Of a DNA stretch of 64,000 nucleotides, positions 1 to 7,930 are shown piece after piece. The notes beneath the pieces are model-generated. The model saw only the letters and a program-made list of their open reading frames with translations. It searched no databases and had not been told where the DNA came from. The DNA is taken from NCBI GenBank assembly GCA_963840035.1, contig CAWIXE010000002.1, forward strand, positions 1,643,680 through 1,707,679, given 5' to 3'. Each line of letters opens with the position of its first letter. Position 1 is the stretch's first letter. A program made the position numbers and the translations under genes. Source of the DNA: a candidate division FCPU426 bacterium (GTDB taxonomy: Bacteria; Oederibacteriota; PGYV01; Palsa-1178).

Positions 1-494
1 TTTTCAAAGGCGACTTTAAGTCCCGGCACGCTGTCGAGTTTTTCCTTGAACTCACCCGGAACCTTAAAGTCAGAGGTCTTCTTGTGCGGCACTTTCAGCC
101 CTGCTTTTTCCGCCGCTATGGCTTCCTTTATATAAGCCTTTATCGTGCCCTTCAGCTTCACTATTTCCTTCAAGCCTGTAAACCGTATCTGTCTGGCCTC
201 CTGCACATTCTCAGTCTGCCGGATCAGCACGCCTTTGGAATCCTTTAAAAGCGCCCCCTTGACAAAAAGCACAGCGCAGTATTCCTTAAACCCGTGTATT
301 ATTACTATGTTATTCCCCTCAAAAGTGTAGCAAGGCTGCCCCCATTTCATCTCCTCGGTCACCGGGCATTCCCGCACAATCTTTCGCAGCTCTTTCATTT
401 CAGCCTGCCACTTATCAAGACCTTTGATAAACGCATCTACTCCGGGATTTGCTTTGCCCGGTACTGCCGACCCTGCAGATTTCGTTTTTTTCAA
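1..494 (-). CDS. YdeI/OmpD-associated (DUF1801) family protein, runs off the window edge
   Basis: My translation, not in the ORF track: TTG at 494 with GGGGG RBS; ...NPGVDAFIKGLDKWQAEMKELRKIV...EEMKWGQPCYTFEGNNIVIIHGFKEYCAVLFVKGALLKD...QTENVQEARQIRF. Confidence 0.85.
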   Translation of the reverse strand, partial: MKKTKSAGSAVPGKANPGVDAFIKGLDKWQAEMKELRKIVRECPVTEEMKWGQPCYTFEGNNIVIIHGFKEYCAVLFVKGALLKDSKGVLIRQTENVQEARQIRFTGLKEIVKLKGTIKAYIKEAIAAEKAGLKVPHKKTSDFKVPGEFKEKLDSVPGLKVAFE

Positions 495-709
495 GATGAA
501 ACCCCCTGAAATGTATAGAATCATTATATAGATAAGTATACCAAACATCCTAATATAAGCAAGGAACAGACAAATGTACGCTTCCCCGCAGCAGAGTCAA
601 AAACGCAACAAAAATGGAAAATCCCCGCAAATATTATGTAAGAGAAGTGTTGACATTGCCATACCAATATGATAAAAATATTAGTCCGTGCTGCTATTAT
701 AAGATACGT

Positions 710-785
710 TCCCTGGTAGCTCAGTCGGTAGAGCATGTGACTGTTAATCACATTGTCGCAGGTTCGAGTCCTGCCCGGGGAGCCA
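710..785 (+). tRNA. tRNA-Asn (GTT)
   Basis: Cloverleaf: acceptor TCCCTGG/CCGGGGA, D arm GCTCAGTCGGTAGAGC, anticodon loop CTGTTAA, T loop GGTTCGAGTCC, encoded CCA end. Confidence 0.97.
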
Positions 786-828
786 AAAATGCAAAAAGCC
801 CATCGAAAGATGGGCTTTTTGCATTTTT
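786..828 (+). terminator. Intrinsic (probably bidirectional) terminator after tRNA-Asn
   Basis: AAAATGCAAAAAGCCCATC-GAAA-GATGGGCTTTTTGCATTTT perfect hairpin with A and T tracts. Confidence 0.85.
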
Positions 829-979
829 GAGCCCTTGGCATGGCCCTCGTAGGGGCCGCCCCATGTGGCGGCCCGGCCATTGTCTTAATCCTATAACCCA
901 ATCGCCCTCTCGTACTGTTTATACTTGCCAACGGTAAAAAGGGTGATAAAATATAAGCGTAAAAATATGGGAGGCTAAA

Positions 980-1549
980 TTGATACTTATTCTGTGTTTG
1001 TTTTTAATATTCCCTTTATTAATTTTAAGTGCAATATATCTGTTCTTTATTAAAACATCAAAAAACATTATGTCCAAAAGTGTAAATTTGAGCGTTTGGA
1101 TTTTTTTAGTTATTTTGCTTTCGTTTGTGTCAGGATTTATAACCTTACAAAAATTCATACCATACATGATTGTATTTACACCTACTTTGATAATCGCAAT
1201 TATTACCTATATCCAATTTGAGAAGGAATTGTCAGACGATAAGTTTCTTTTCCTGTTTACAATGGTGTTTTGTTCCGTTATTTTAACCGTGTTTATTAGC
1301 GACATTTTTCACGCCAAATTTCTTGAAATTGCTCTTAATAAATTTGATTTAAATCACGACGGTGTGTTTTCAGGCAGTGAAATTACCCCGGAACAGGAAG
1401 AAGCAATGTTTCGTTTGACGAATGACTCATACAGGGCATTTTTACCAATTACAGGCAGCATTTATGGCTTTATTATTACAGTATTGGTTGTAATTTCTGC
1501 AAATGTCATTAAATTATTCAAAGGTAAAAATACAAAAATTATTAAATAG
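980..1549 (+). CDS. AT-rich hypothetical integral membrane protein
   Basis: 189-aa ORF, GGAGG RBS before TTG, about 5 hydrophobic segments, EF-hand-like DLNHDGVFS loop. Confidence 0.75.
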   Translation: MILILCLFLIFPLLILSAIYLFFIKTSKNIMSKSVNLSVWIFLVILLSFVSGFITLQKFIPYMIVFTPTLIIAIITYIQFEKELSDDKFLFLFTMVFCSVILTVFISDIFHAKFLEIALNKFDLNHDGVFSGSEITPEQEEAMFRLTNDSYRAFLPITGSIYGFIITVLVVISANVIKLFKGKNTKIIK

Positions 1550-1610
1550 ACACCGTCTGTTTATAAAGGTCTTCAACCTCCCCTGAAATAAGGAAGGTGC
1601 GAGAATTGTA

Positions 1611-1720
1611 TTGTCTGGTGAGCCAAAAATGCAAAAGGCTCAACTAAAGCTTGCCTTTTGCATTTTTAAGCCTTTGGTATGACCCTCGCAGGAGCCACCC
1701 CATTTTACGACCAGTTCATT
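1611..1720 (+). repeat. Degenerate direct copy of tRNA-Asn 3' end, terminator and downstream sequence (copy of ~771-881)
   Basis: GAGCCAAAAATGCAAAA is identical at 780 and 1620; similarity continues through TTTTGCATTTTT and ...CCCTCG(T/C)AGG(G/A)GCC(G/A)CCCCAT. Confidence 0.85.
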
Positions 1721-1730
1721 ACACCAGTTC

Positions 1731-2303
1731 CTATTTTCCCATTTTAGACGGGTCTTTTACATATTCATTAATCAGGCTCTTCAGCTTTTCTATTGCCTGT
1801 TTTTTCTCGGTTTCAGATACTCCGTCCTCAATTGTCTCAACCACAACTCCCTGCCCGTTCTTTCCCGTTACATTGCCGGTATATAATACGCCCATTTGGC
1901 CTTTTATTATCTTCCAGCGGTCGTCATATCTGTATTTCATGGTGAAATTCCTGCTTTTAACGATAGTATCAACAACTTTTTCAGTATTCTTTTTCCCGCC
2001 TATCATATTTGTTATAATTGTATCCTTAAGCCTGTCTCCTTCACTCCGTTTTTTATATGACTCTCCTATAAGATTCATCGGAAAGGCACTCAGAGAATCG
2101 TGGACAATTGTCAGCCCTTCGTCCTTTAGTATCTTCTTTGCCGCGTAATAAGCTTCCGTATAATATCCGCCCGTTAATACTATCCTGCCTTCCGCTTCCT
2201 GCGATTCAAGATTCTTCTTAATTGCATACTCTTCAAACTCCGCACACCCTGTAAAGGCAAAAACAAGTAACAACACAAAAATAACAACCATCAATTTTTT
2301 CAT
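1731..2303 (-). CDS. Hypothetical lipoprotein
   Basis: MKK + hydrophobic stretch + lipobox FTGC; GGAGG RBS. Confidence 0.8.
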   Translation of the reverse strand: MKKLMVVIFVLLLVFAFTGCAEFEEYAIKKNLESQEAEGRIVLTGGYYTEAYYAAKKILKDEGLTIVHDSLSAFPMNLIGESYKKRSEGDRLKDTIITNMIGGKKNTEKVVDTIVKSRNFTMKYRYDDRWKIIKGQMGVLYTGNVTGKNGQGVVVETIEDGVSETEKKQAIEKLKSLINEYVKDPSKMGK

Positions 2304-2331
2304 GTTTTCCTCCCCTGTTATTTATATGATA

Positions 2332-2360
2332 ATTCTACTAGACCCCCCCACCTCTGTCAA
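2332..2360 (-). promoter_or_regulatory. sigma70 promoter of the lipoprotein gene
   Basis: TTGACA-N17-TAGAAT on the minus strand; the spacer contains a G7 tract. Confidence 0.7.
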
Positions 2361-2474
2361 TACGCTTATCATATCAACGCAACCCGCGTTACAAAAACCC
2401 GTTTATGATATAATTAGGTATATTCAAACTAGCCTTCGGGACGCATATATGCTTCCCCTAAAAAAGGAGAAAAC

Positions 2475-3374
2475 ATGAAAGACGTTTACTGCTACGGCCT
2501 TGTTGAACTATCCTCAATATTTACCCTTTCCGGTAAGTTCCCTTCAGCTGACTCTTATAAGGAAGTGGAAACCTTAATCGAAGTCCCTGGCGGTGAGGCT
2601 ACTAATGCGGCTGTGGTGCTCAGTAGGCTTGGGTTAAAAACTAAAATAGCGGGCACATGGCTTGGTGAGGATGTATATCATAAGGTAAAGGGCTACTTTG
2701 AACAGGAACATGTTGATACTTCCTCCCTTGAGCGCAAGGCCGGATATTCCGGGCCTCGGGACCTTGTCTTTGTCAGCGATGAGGGACGGACTGTTTTCGG
2801 GTGGTTTGGCAAACTTTGGTTCCAGGGACGAAAATGGTCCAAGCCAAAGGCGAGCGACATCAAGAACTGCCGCGTGGCGTGCATAGACCCCTTCATGCCT
2901 GAAGGGTCTGAACTGGCGGCAAAACTGTGCGTTAAATATAAGAAGAAGTACGTGACCCTGGATGAAAAACCCGAGCATTATGTCATTAAAAATTCAGAAG
3001 CCGCGGTTATTTCAGGCGAGTTCATGGAGCGCGAATACCGCGGAGTTGATATGGACAAGCTTTATAAACAGTACACAAAGAACTATAAAGGACTGGTTAT
3101 ATTTACATCCGGCGCTGATAAGATCATTTACGGCAGGGCAAATACGGCTAAAAAGGTATTTAAGCCTTTAAAGATAAAGGCAGTAGATACGCTTGGCGCG
3201 GGCGATACTTTTAGGGCTGGCATTGCTTTTGGGCTGCTTAACTGCTGGGACGACGATAAGACCGTGGTATTCGCCAGCCTGCTGGCTTCAATGGTTTGCA
3301 TGTCCGGACCCGGGGTAACTAAGTCGCCGAACATTAAAGATGTTTTGAAATTCCTTAATAAGGCCACGCTTTAA
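2475..3374 (+). CDS. PfkB/ribokinase-family carbohydrate kinase
   Basis: PGGEATNAAVVLSRLG and DTLGAGDTF signature motifs; AGGAG RBS. Confidence 0.92.
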   Translation: MKDVYCYGLVELSSIFTLSGKFPSADSYKEVETLIEVPGGEATNAAVVLSRLGLKTKIAGTWLGEDVYHKVKGYFEQEHVDTSSLERKAGYSGPRDLVFVSDEGRTVFGWFGKLWFQGRKWSKPKASDIKNCRVACIDPFMPEGSELAAKLCVKYKKKYVTLDEKPEHYVIKNSEAAVISGEFMEREYRGVDMDKLYKQYTKNYKGLVIFTSGADKIIYGRANTAKKVFKPLKIKAVDTLGAGDTFRAGIAFGLLNCWDDDKTVVFASLLASMVCMSGPGVTKSPNIKDVLKFLNKATL

Positions 3375-3391
3375 TCACATATCCCAAATCA

Positions 3392-4225
3392 TTAAAGCAA
3401 AGTCCCCTGCTGAGCATCCATCATCTGCTTCATCCGCTTCGCGTTTTTAACCGCCGACCCCGCGTGGCAATTATTTAAAAATATAAACATCTTCTTTGAC
3501 TGCTCAGCCATCTTTTTCACATCCGGTAGGAAGGACTTCAGTTCCTCGTCCGTATATAAGTAATCATACCTGACCTCAGATGGCGCGTTGAACCAGTTCT
3601 TGTTCCTTCCGTGGAGGCGGAAGTACGCCACATCAGAGGTCACTTCCGGCTTAAACGGCATAAGCCTTTCAAGCGGCGGCTCGTCCACGGCGCAGTATCC
3701 CAAGTCATATGCCTTTAAAAACGAGAACGTCTCATCCTTTGCCCAGTGGCTGTTGCGAAACTCAATAATCAGGGGCATGCCTTCAAAGGCTTTTTTGCAG
3801 TTTATTATATAGGCTTCTGACTCTTTTGACGGATAGAAAAACACCGGGAACTGAAGGAGTATGCCGCCGAGCTTGCCGGCTTCTGAAAACGGTTTAAGGG
3901 AGTATTTGAATTTCTCAATGTCGGAAAATGCCCTGTCCATAGAAGGCTGCTTTTCACCAAGCCTGGTGTCAAAGGGGTCATGGGTAAATCCCCTGAACCC
4001 CTTTACAACAAATTCAAAACCTTTTGAAGTCTTCTGCTCCATGGCAAAAGCGGTCTTGTCCGACAGGAGGGCGTAGTAGGTGGCGTTGACCTCAAGCGTG
4101 TCAAAACCAAGTTCTTTCTGGTAGTATATGAGTTCTTCTTTTTGAGGCAGGCCCTGGGGGTATATAACCCCTTTTCTCCAGTCAGGGAAGGAAAAGCCTG
4201 AGGTGCCAATTTTTACTACTCCCAA
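3392..4225 (-). CDS. DUF72 (YecE-like) TIM-barrel protein
   Basis: IGTSGFSFPDW, EVNATYY, LLQFP, EFRN, YFRLHGRN, YDYLY, FLNN motifs. Confidence 0.92.
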   Translation of the reverse strand: MGVVKIGTSGFSFPDWRKGVIYPQGLPQKEELIYYQKELGFDTLEVNATYYALLSDKTAFAMEQKTSKGFEFVVKGFRGFTHDPFDTRLGEKQPSMDRAFSDIEKFKYSLKPFSEAGKLGGILLQFPVFFYPSKESEAYIINCKKAFEGMPLIIEFRNSHWAKDETFSFLKAYDLGYCAVDEPPLERLMPFKPEVTSDVAYFRLHGRNKNWFNAPSEVRYDYLYTDEELKSFLPDVKKMAEQSKKMFIFLNNCHAGSAVKNAKRMKQMMDAQQGTLL

Positions 4226-4252
4226 ACGCTACCTCCTGTATACATTTTATTA

Positions 4253-4588
4253 TTATACAAAAATTTCCTGCCTGACAACCTCAAGTATGCTTTCAGTATA
4301 CTTCAAAGCATCATTATCCCAAAATCTTAGCACTATATAACCACAACCCCGCAAATAATTGTCCCTGATTTTATCATTGCCGGCCTTTTCTGCGTGCTGT
4401 CCCCCATCAAGTTCAATTATAATACTTTTTTCATAACAAATAAAGTCCGCAATGTATTTCCCTACGGGTTCCTGCCTTTTAAATTTCAGGTTAAAGAACC
4501 TCCTTCCCCTTAAATAATTCCATAATTTCCTTTCAGCGTCTGTCTGTTTCTTTCTTAAATCCCGCGCATACTCAACCAGTTTATCCAT
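4253..4588 (-). CDS. DUF559 (Vsr-like PD-(D/E)XK) endonuclease
   Basis: ARDLRKKQTDAERKLWNYLR, FKRQEPVGKYIADF, IIELDGGQH, D..RDNYL...GY.VLRFW. Confidence 0.92.
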   Translation of the reverse strand: MDKLVEYARDLRKKQTDAERKLWNYLRGRRFFNLKFKRQEPVGKYIADFICYEKSIIIELDGGQHAEKAGNDKIRDNYLRGCGYIVLRFWDNDALKYTESILEVVRQEIFV

Positions 4589-4599
4589 TATCCCCCCTG

Positions 4600-4897
4600 T
4601 CCCCTCACCCTACCCTCTCTCCCCCGCAAGGGGGGACTATAAATAGCCGGGGGAGAGGGATAAAAAGGCGTTTTGTCTTTTACCTTCCTCCCCTCTCCTC
4701 TTAGGAGAGGGGGCTGGGGTGAGGTGAAACAAGTACCTACTTCCCCTCACCCTACCCTCTCCCGGGGGGAGAGGGATGAAAAGACGGTTTGTCTTTTACA
4801 TTCCTCCCCTCTCCTCTTAGGAGAGGGGGCTGGGGTGAGGTGAAACAAGTACCTACTTCCCCTCACCCTACCCTCTCCCGGGGGGAGAGGGATAAAA
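4600..4897. repeat. REP/BIME-like array of five alternately oriented palindromic units (A-B-A-B-A), 116-bp tandem period
   Basis: A = CCCCTCACCCTACCCTCTCCCGGGGGGAGAGGGA at ~4601, 4743, 4859; inverted B = CCTCCCCTCTCCTCTTAGGAGAGGGGGCTGGGGTGAGG at ~4687, 4803. Confidence 0.9.
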
Positions 4898-4917
4898 GAA
4901 CAACTCCAACTTACAAC

Positions 4918-6147
4918 CTACTTTATAAGACGTGTGCTCATTATTCCACACCGTTCCAAAATCCCGTGCTTTTCGGCCTTTATTATAGATGACGGTTTTA
5001 AAGTAAACGCCCCGTACTTGTTGTTTATCTCGTCCATTACCTCCATCAGTTTCTGTTTCCTTTCCATGTTCTCAAACAGATACTGCTGCCCGTGCCCCGT
5101 TGCCGTGTTTGATATACTCACCCCAAGCAGCCTCACTTTCTTCTTCAACGGCATCAGCTTCTCGAATATCTTCCACGCCTCCTCAAAAAGTTCCACCCCG
5201 GAGTTGAAGTAGTGGTGCAGCGTGGCGCGGCTGCAGTGCATCTCAAAATCCTCAAAACGCACAGCCAGGAACGCAGTCCTGCCCAGGAGCTTGTACTCGC
5301 GCAGCCGGACGGCTGTTTTTTCCGACAGCATCAAAAGAAATGACCTTATCACGCTTATATCCATGGTATCAGCAGGCAGGGTGTGGCTGTGGCCCACTGA
5401 CTTTACCGGGCTCTCGTAGTTATATCCTTTTACATCCGATGAATCTTTACCCAGGCCTATGTTCTTATACATCCTGCCCAGTATGCCAAAGTTATCCTTG
5501 AGCATGCGTTCGTCCGCCATGCCGAGTTTTTTGGCGGTATCAATGCCGAGCGACAAAAACTTCCTTTCCAGCTGCCTTCCTATGCCAACACCCTGCAGTT
5601 TTGAGACCGGAAGGTTTTCCATGAATGCGGGAACATCCGCTTCCCGGACAATGACAAGGCCGTCCGGCTTTTTTGACTTTGCCGCTATCTTTGCCACCAC
5701 CTTATTGGGGGCTATGCCTATGGAACACAGAAGCCCCAGTTCGTCTTTAATCCTTTTTTTCATCTCCATGGCGGCTTTTTCCCCTCCACCAAAGAGCTTC
5801 TCGGTAGTTGTCAGGTCCATAAAGCATTCATCTATGGAAAAAACCTCGACCTTGTCCGTGTAATCAAGGAGTATCTTGTGTATGCGTATGGATGTGTCCA
5901 CGTATTTATCCAGGTTGCCGACGACAGGAATGAGCCGCGGGCACAGTTTCCTTGCCTCGGGTATGGTCATGCCGGTCTTTACCCCATACGCGCGCGCTTC
6001 GTAGGAAGCGGTGGTGATTATAGTACGGCCCTGGCCGCATACGCCAATAGGCTTGCCGCGTAAAGACGGGTTGCAGTTCTGTTCGACAGAGGCAAAATAA
6101 GCATTCATATCTATAAGGAAGATTGTGCGTTCCGGGGATTGGGTCAT
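4918..6147 (-). CDS. dinB: DNA polymerase IV (Y family)
   Basis: IDMNAYFASVEQ, ASYEARAYGVKTGM, SIDECF, SIGIAPNK..AK.A....KPDG, little-finger domain, clamp-motif-like QQYLF. Confidence 0.95.
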   Translation of the reverse strand: MTQSPERTIFLIDMNAYFASVEQNCNPSLRGKPIGVCGQGRTIITTASYEARAYGVKTGMTIPEARKLCPRLIPVVGNLDKYVDTSIRIHKILLDYTDKVEVFSIDECFMDLTTTEKLFGGGEKAAMEMKKRIKDELGLLCSIGIAPNKVVAKIAAKSKKPDGLVIVREADVPAFMENLPVSKLQGVGIGRQLERKFLSLGIDTAKKLGMADERMLKDNFGILGRMYKNIGLGKDSSDVKGYNYESPVKSVGHSHTLPADTMDISVIRSFLLMLSEKTAVRLREYKLLGRTAFLAVRFEDFEMHCSRATLHHYFNSGVELFEEAWKIFEKLMPLKKKVRLLGVSISNTATGHGQQYLFENMERKQKLMEVMDEINNKYGAFTLKPSSIIKAEKHGILERCGIMSTRLIK

Positions 6148-6174
6148 GTGGTTTCCTTGCTTTCAATATTTGGA

Positions 6175-6426
6175 TTAAGCTATAAGTTCCGTTTTTTCAA
6201 GCATCCATTCCAGGGTTTTTTGGTTAAATGAAAGTTCATAGTAACCGCCATCCCCTGAGACTGAAAAATGCAGTATCATAGCCGCGCCTTCCGCCGTGTT
6301 CCAGCAGTAGGATACGGTCTTTACATCTACCTTCCGTTCCTTCCACTTGAACCACTTGGGCTCTATCCTGTTCTTTGAAAAAACAGCGCCGACCTTTATC
6401 TTCTCGTTTATAACTGTCACGCTCAT
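6175..6426 (-). CDS. Small conserved protein, ImuB-C/DUF6504-like (tentative)
   Basis: 83 aa with P.WF.W...V..V...W and HFSV...YYEL.F....W.L pattern; ATGA overlap with the lexA stop. Confidence 0.65.
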   Translation of the reverse strand: MSVTVINEKIKVGAVFSKNRIEPKWFKWKERKVDVKTVSYCWNTAEGAAMILHFSVSGDGGYYELSFNQKTLEWMLEKTELIA

Positions 6427-7007
6427 TTTATCTTCCTTATGACGCCGACTACCTTGCCCATGACGCTGGCATCCCTGGAAACTATGGGGGAATACTTGGG
6501 ATTTTCAGCTTTGAGTTTTACCCCGTCATCTGTCATATAAAATGTTTTTACCGTGGCCTCGGAACCCAAAAGAGCCGCGACTATCTCGCCGTTCTCGGCT
6601 GTTTTTTGTTTCCTTACGATGACGGTGTCTCCGTCATATATTCCGGCGCCCGTCATGGAGTCCCCGGCCACCCGCAGCGCAAATAGGTCCCTCAACCCGA
6701 AAATATCAGTTATGCTGCTTATGCGTTCCTCTATATTTTCTATGGCATCTATGGGAAGGCCGGCGCTTATGCGTCCTAAAAGGGGTATCCCCGCGGATTG
6801 ATTTAAAAGCTCGATCCCTCTGGAGACATTTTTGTTCAGTTTAATATAACCCGCATCCGCCAGTTTTTTTAAATGGTGCCTTATGGTCCAGGTCGATGAC
6901 AAACCCGACTGTTTTGCAAGCTCCCTTAGTGTCGGCGGAGCCCCATGTTCCTCAAACCAATCTGTGATTTTTTCCAGGACCTTGCTTGTCTGCGCTGTGA
7001 GTTTCAT
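6423..7007 (-). CDS. lexA: SOS repressor LexA
   Basis: N-terminal wHTH (PPTLRELA...SRGI), Ala-Gly cleavage site ISAGLP, catalytic Ser (GDSM) and Lys (ATVK). Confidence 0.95.
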   Translation of the reverse strand: MKLTAQTSKVLEKITDWFEEHGAPPTLRELAKQSGLSSTWTIRHHLKKLADAGYIKLNKNVSRGIELLNQSAGIPLLGRISAGLPIDAIENIEERISSITDIFGLRDLFALRVAGDSMTGAGIYDGDTVIVRKQKTAENGEIVAALLGSEATVKTFYMTDDGVKLKAENPKYSPIVSRDASVMGKVVGVIRKIK

Positions 7008-7023
7008 GTGGCCTCCTTCTTAT

Positions 7024-7135
7024 TAGTCTCAAGACCCAGGACTCAAGACCCAAGTAAAGACAAGTCCTACTTGGGTCTTGGGTCATGAGTCTTGAGACTA
7101 ACATGACCCCTACTTGTGTCCTAAGTCTTAAATCT
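7024..7135. repeat. Heptamer-based palindromic element, copy 1 (in the lexA leader)
   Basis: 33-bp arms TAGTCTCAAGACCCAGGACTCAAGACCCAAGTA / TACTTGGGTCTTGGGTCATGAGTCTTGAGACTA (7024-7100) plus a decayed third arm. Confidence 0.9.
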
Positions 7136-7151
7136 ATATCTTGCATATACA

Positions 7152-7180
7152 TTTATAGCACAAATGTGCTAACGTGTCAA
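7152..7180 (-). promoter_or_regulatory. lexA operon promoter with overlapping palindromic operator (candidate LexA box)
   Basis: TTGACA(7180-7175)-N17-TATAAA(7157-7152); palindrome TAGCACA-AA-TGTGCTA at 7156-7171. Confidence 0.8.
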
Positions 7181-7262
7181 GATAAAGAAAAATCACTTGA
7201 TATTAAAGGATTTTTCATCTAAACTTAAATGCAAGTTGACATATATAATTAGGAGAACAAAA

Positions 7263-7844
7263 GTGGATAAAAACAGCAAAGGATTTCTGTACTTAATAAA
7301 TACGGCGCTTGAAGCAGCGATACTGGCAGGCGCCATAATCATGTTTGTCGTGGGAAAAGTACCTCTGGTAAAAATATTAAACCAGGCCCAGCCGGTCTGG
7401 ATACAGGCAGGCGCAGGCATACTTGCGGGAGTTTTAACAGGAGTCCTGTGCGGGATGCTTGTGACAAAAGTGAAATTCTTCAATCCCGTGCTTGAGATGA
7501 TAGGCGAGCTGGTATCAAAATACAAATTTAACACGCTTGATATCATTATCATATCCTTAACCGCCGCCGTGTGCGAGGAATTCCTTTTCCGCGCCGGGCT
7601 TCAGAGGATATGGGGCATATGGCCGGCATCAGTGCTTTTCATACTCCTTCACGGATATTTTAACGTAAGGAATTTGAAGATAATGGCATACGGGATAATA
7701 ATGCTTTTATTAAGCGCGGCCATAGGGTATTCATATCAGTACCTGGGATTGTATGCGGCAATTGCTTTCCACTTTATTTTTGACGTAGCGGCGTTGATGG
7801 TTGTTTCTAATAGTCTCAAAACTCAAGACTCAAGTCCCAAGTAA
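7263..7844 (+). CDS. CPBP/Abi (CAAX protease-like) intramembrane metalloprotease
   Basis: EEFLFR, F.LLH, H..FD motifs; probable GTG start at 7263 after AGGAGA. Confidence 0.88.
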   Translation: MDKNSKGFLYLINTALEAAILAGAIIMFVVGKVPLVKILNQAQPVWIQAGAGILAGVLTGVLCGMLVTKVKFFNPVLEMIGELVSKYKFNTLDIIIISLTAAVCEEFLFRAGLQRIWGIWPASVLFILLHGYFNVRNLKIMAYGIIMLLLSAAIGYSYQYLGLYAAIAFHFIFDVAALMVVSNSLKTQDSSPK

Positions 7845-7930
7845 AAACAAGTCCTACCTGTGTCTTGGGTCATAGATCTTGAGACTAACACGACTCCTAC
7901 TTGGGTCTTGGGTCATGAGTCTTGAGACTA
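7811..7930. repeat. Heptamer-based palindromic element, copy 2, overlapping the stops of both convergent genes
   Basis: Hairpin 7811-7887 plus an extra right arm 7898-7930 identical to the right arm of copy 1. Confidence 0.9.

Noticed and set aside
524..937. ORFs 524..931 (-) and 614..937 (+)
   Set aside because: They overlap the tRNA-Asn and its terminator; shadow ORFs
4600..4897. Possible CRISPR array next to a nuclease
   Set aside because: Units alternate in orientation, the linkers are duplicated and not unique spacers, and there are no cas genes
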